From Octopus sinensis (lineage: Eukaryota): a stretch of DNA of 64,000 nt. Numbering within the stretch: the stretch's first letter is position 1; every line of letters starts with the position of its first letter. The stretch is taken from the NCBI RefSeq assembly GCF_006345805.1, contig NC_043011.1:54138464-54202463 (forward strand), in the 5' to 3' direction. The position numbers and the translations under genes are program-made. Below, piece after piece: positions 61,818-64,000 of the stretch. The notes under the pieces are model-generated. The model was given only the letters and a program-made list of their open reading frames with translations. It ran no database searches and was not told the DNA's origin.

Positions 61818-62351
61818 CTGTCGCTGTCATAATGTATATGATACATATATATTACATATATATATGTAATATATAATACAAAAAACAACCTGAAGACTGT
61901 GATGGTCAATAAAACAAAAATGAAGTTGAACAATTTATTCTTCCTCTATGACCCGGCTCCAAATGATCCACAGTCCAGTACTGGTCTGCAGCTCGATGTC
62001 TGGAATCTTCTACAGTAGCGTAATGGGGCAGATAATATTAACTAACCTCTTCGAGCCAATTTTCTGGTTTTATTCCGAAATTAGAAACAATTGGTTCTTT
62101 ACGTTCTGAGTTCAAATCACCCTGAGGCTAACATTCATCGCTTCGGATGACCGAGGTCCCTATGATAAAGCGTCCAGGTCTATGCTCCATTCGAAAGAGT
62201 TGTCAGGACAACTGACTTATACACGTCCATTTTTATCCTTACTGAGATATCATGGGCACTCGAAAGTCGTTCATAAAGCATCCCAAAGCAATACTGTCCT
62301 TTCGAATACAAGTTTGGACCTCCCTATCGAGTTTAGCATGGCTTGTTACTG

Positions 62352-62830
62352 TAGTTAAGTTAAGTTAACTTTTTGGCTCAAAAAGCAAAAAGCAAGGCCA
62401 TGTAGGGGGACATGGAGTTATGTACAGGGAGGGTGTTCATGCAAAGATTCAGGCCATTTCTGGTCAAGAGAGACTTTGACCGAGCGGTCGTCGGCATCTT
62501 CACTATCTCGTTCCGGCAGCTTATTCGACGGATCCGCAACCCGGACGGAGAAAGCCTCTCTCCCTTCGATTGAGATGAATCGTCGCAGATAGAGCTTTCG
62601 GAGTGACCCCCGCAGCCGACGCTCTGGAGCAGGAGTGAAGAACAGCTCTTTCGAGAGGTTACACTTTCCGCTTATGATGTTGTGAACAAGAATGAGATCA
62701 GCACGGCGTCGTCGTTTTTCTAGAGAATAAAGGTTGAGCGTCTTCAGCCTTTCTTCATAAGACAAATGCTTGAGACCAAGAACCATGCGGGTAGCCAGCT
62801 TCTGGACTCTTTCGAGATGATAACCCAAAT
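62352..62830 (-). mobile_element. CR1 LINE 3' end
   Basis: LERVQKLATRMVLGLKHLSYEERLKTLNLYSLEKRRRRADLI (ORF 62418..62828); short UTR and (TAACT)n tail. Confidence 0.88.
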
Positions 62831-64000
62831 ATGTGAAAGCAGTGGTTTTCAGAGCTTTGCCTTTAGCTATTGTTTCTTTGTGCCCACAGCCATATTGGTC
62901 TCTTCTCAGATGTCTCTGATAAGCGTTTCGTCATCGTTGCTCTTTTGTGAACGCAGCTCACCATACACTGCTGTATATAGTAATGTAAATAAAGAAATGT
63001 GGAGGCGCGAGGCTTAGTGGTTGGGGTGTCAGCATCAAGATCGTAAAATTGTGATTTCGATTCCTGGACCGGGCGACGCGTTGTGTTCTTGAGCAAAACA
63101 TTTCATTTCACGTTTGCTCCAGTCCACTCAGGGGGCAAAAATGAGTAACGCTGCGATAGACTGGCGTCCCGTCCAGCTGGGGAACACATACGCCATAGAA
63201 ACCGGGAAACCGGGCCCATAAGCCTGGCTAGGCTTTAAAAAGGGCGCATTCATTTATATTATTATTATTTAAATAAAGAAATATCTAACGTAGTTTGCTA
63301 TTCACTGCTGTATACAACGATAGAAAGACAGAAATATATAACGTAGTAGCAAAGTAACAAAATTATTTCGTTAGTTTTTTTAATAGTTTCGTTTATGAAT
63401 CGTGAGTTAAAATCCAATATACCCGATTAAAACTGCTTCAATTATTTACACCTGGGTTTAATTATTCCCCCACCACCCACCCACCGAAAAGAGATATCTG
63501 ATAATATTGAGGAAATAACGCGAGAATGATCGAAACCTTCTCCAAGTGGAGATTGATCCCTCGTTCGCTGGCTTTTGTGAAATCTAATGGTATTCACTGC
63601 TCCATTCGACTTCCTGCTGTTTATAGAAGGATTAAGTTTAACATATGTATATAATTTATTAGTGTACATAAGTATATAGTCATTGTATGTCTACAACTTA
63701 TGTATACATTCATCCACCCCGCCAAAATGAAATACAGCTCACACACAAAAAAAAAAAATATGTCAGGCGAGTAAACAGTGACGTGAATAAGCAGGACTGG
63801 AGTGAAAAATGTGTGATAAAAGCTGAAAAGGCAAACCAAATTGGAAACTAGGAAACTGATACGACACCAGGCATCTGGCATAATGTTACGACACACACGC
63901 AATCCAATAGTGAAACTAGGAAACAGACGAGCAAAGACGTCTTTTGATTTTATGTAAACAGTGTAATAGCGCTGCCGAGAGTCATTTATTCACGTTAAAC

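Noticed and set aside
63442-63669. Possible minus-strand exon in unique sequence
   Set aside because: Plausible AG/GT sites exist, but there is no recognisable protein similarity; it needs RNA-seq.

Overview
AT-rich, repeat-dense eukaryotic DNA with no supportable host protein-coding gene. The SINE families and microsatellite load resemble an octopod cephalopod genome; this is recollection and needs a BLAST check. The core is a rearranged tRNA gene cluster at about 5-48.3 kb. It holds 16 tRNA-Phe(GAA) and about 14 tRNA-Asn(GTT) copies or fragments in head-to-tail units that flip orientation several times, plus three dispersed tRNA-Lys(CTT) genes. A decayed Lys(CTT) relic sits at a fixed slot of the repeat unit, suggesting an ancestral Phe-Asn-Lys triad. 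The cluster is interleaved with tRNA-derived SINEs, LINE fragments (Tx1/L1-like, RTE, CR1, R4-like RLE) and non-autonomous DNA elements (DD41D Tc1/mariner derivative, hAT MITE, Helitron, a 30-bp-TIR element). Three minimal hammerhead-ribozyme motifs of Penelope type are present. After about 48.9 kb the window is mostly simple repeats, with a 100-N gap, a U6 retrocopy fused to a SINE and a CR1 3' end. Most ORFs in the supplied track are microsatellite or SINE artefacts.
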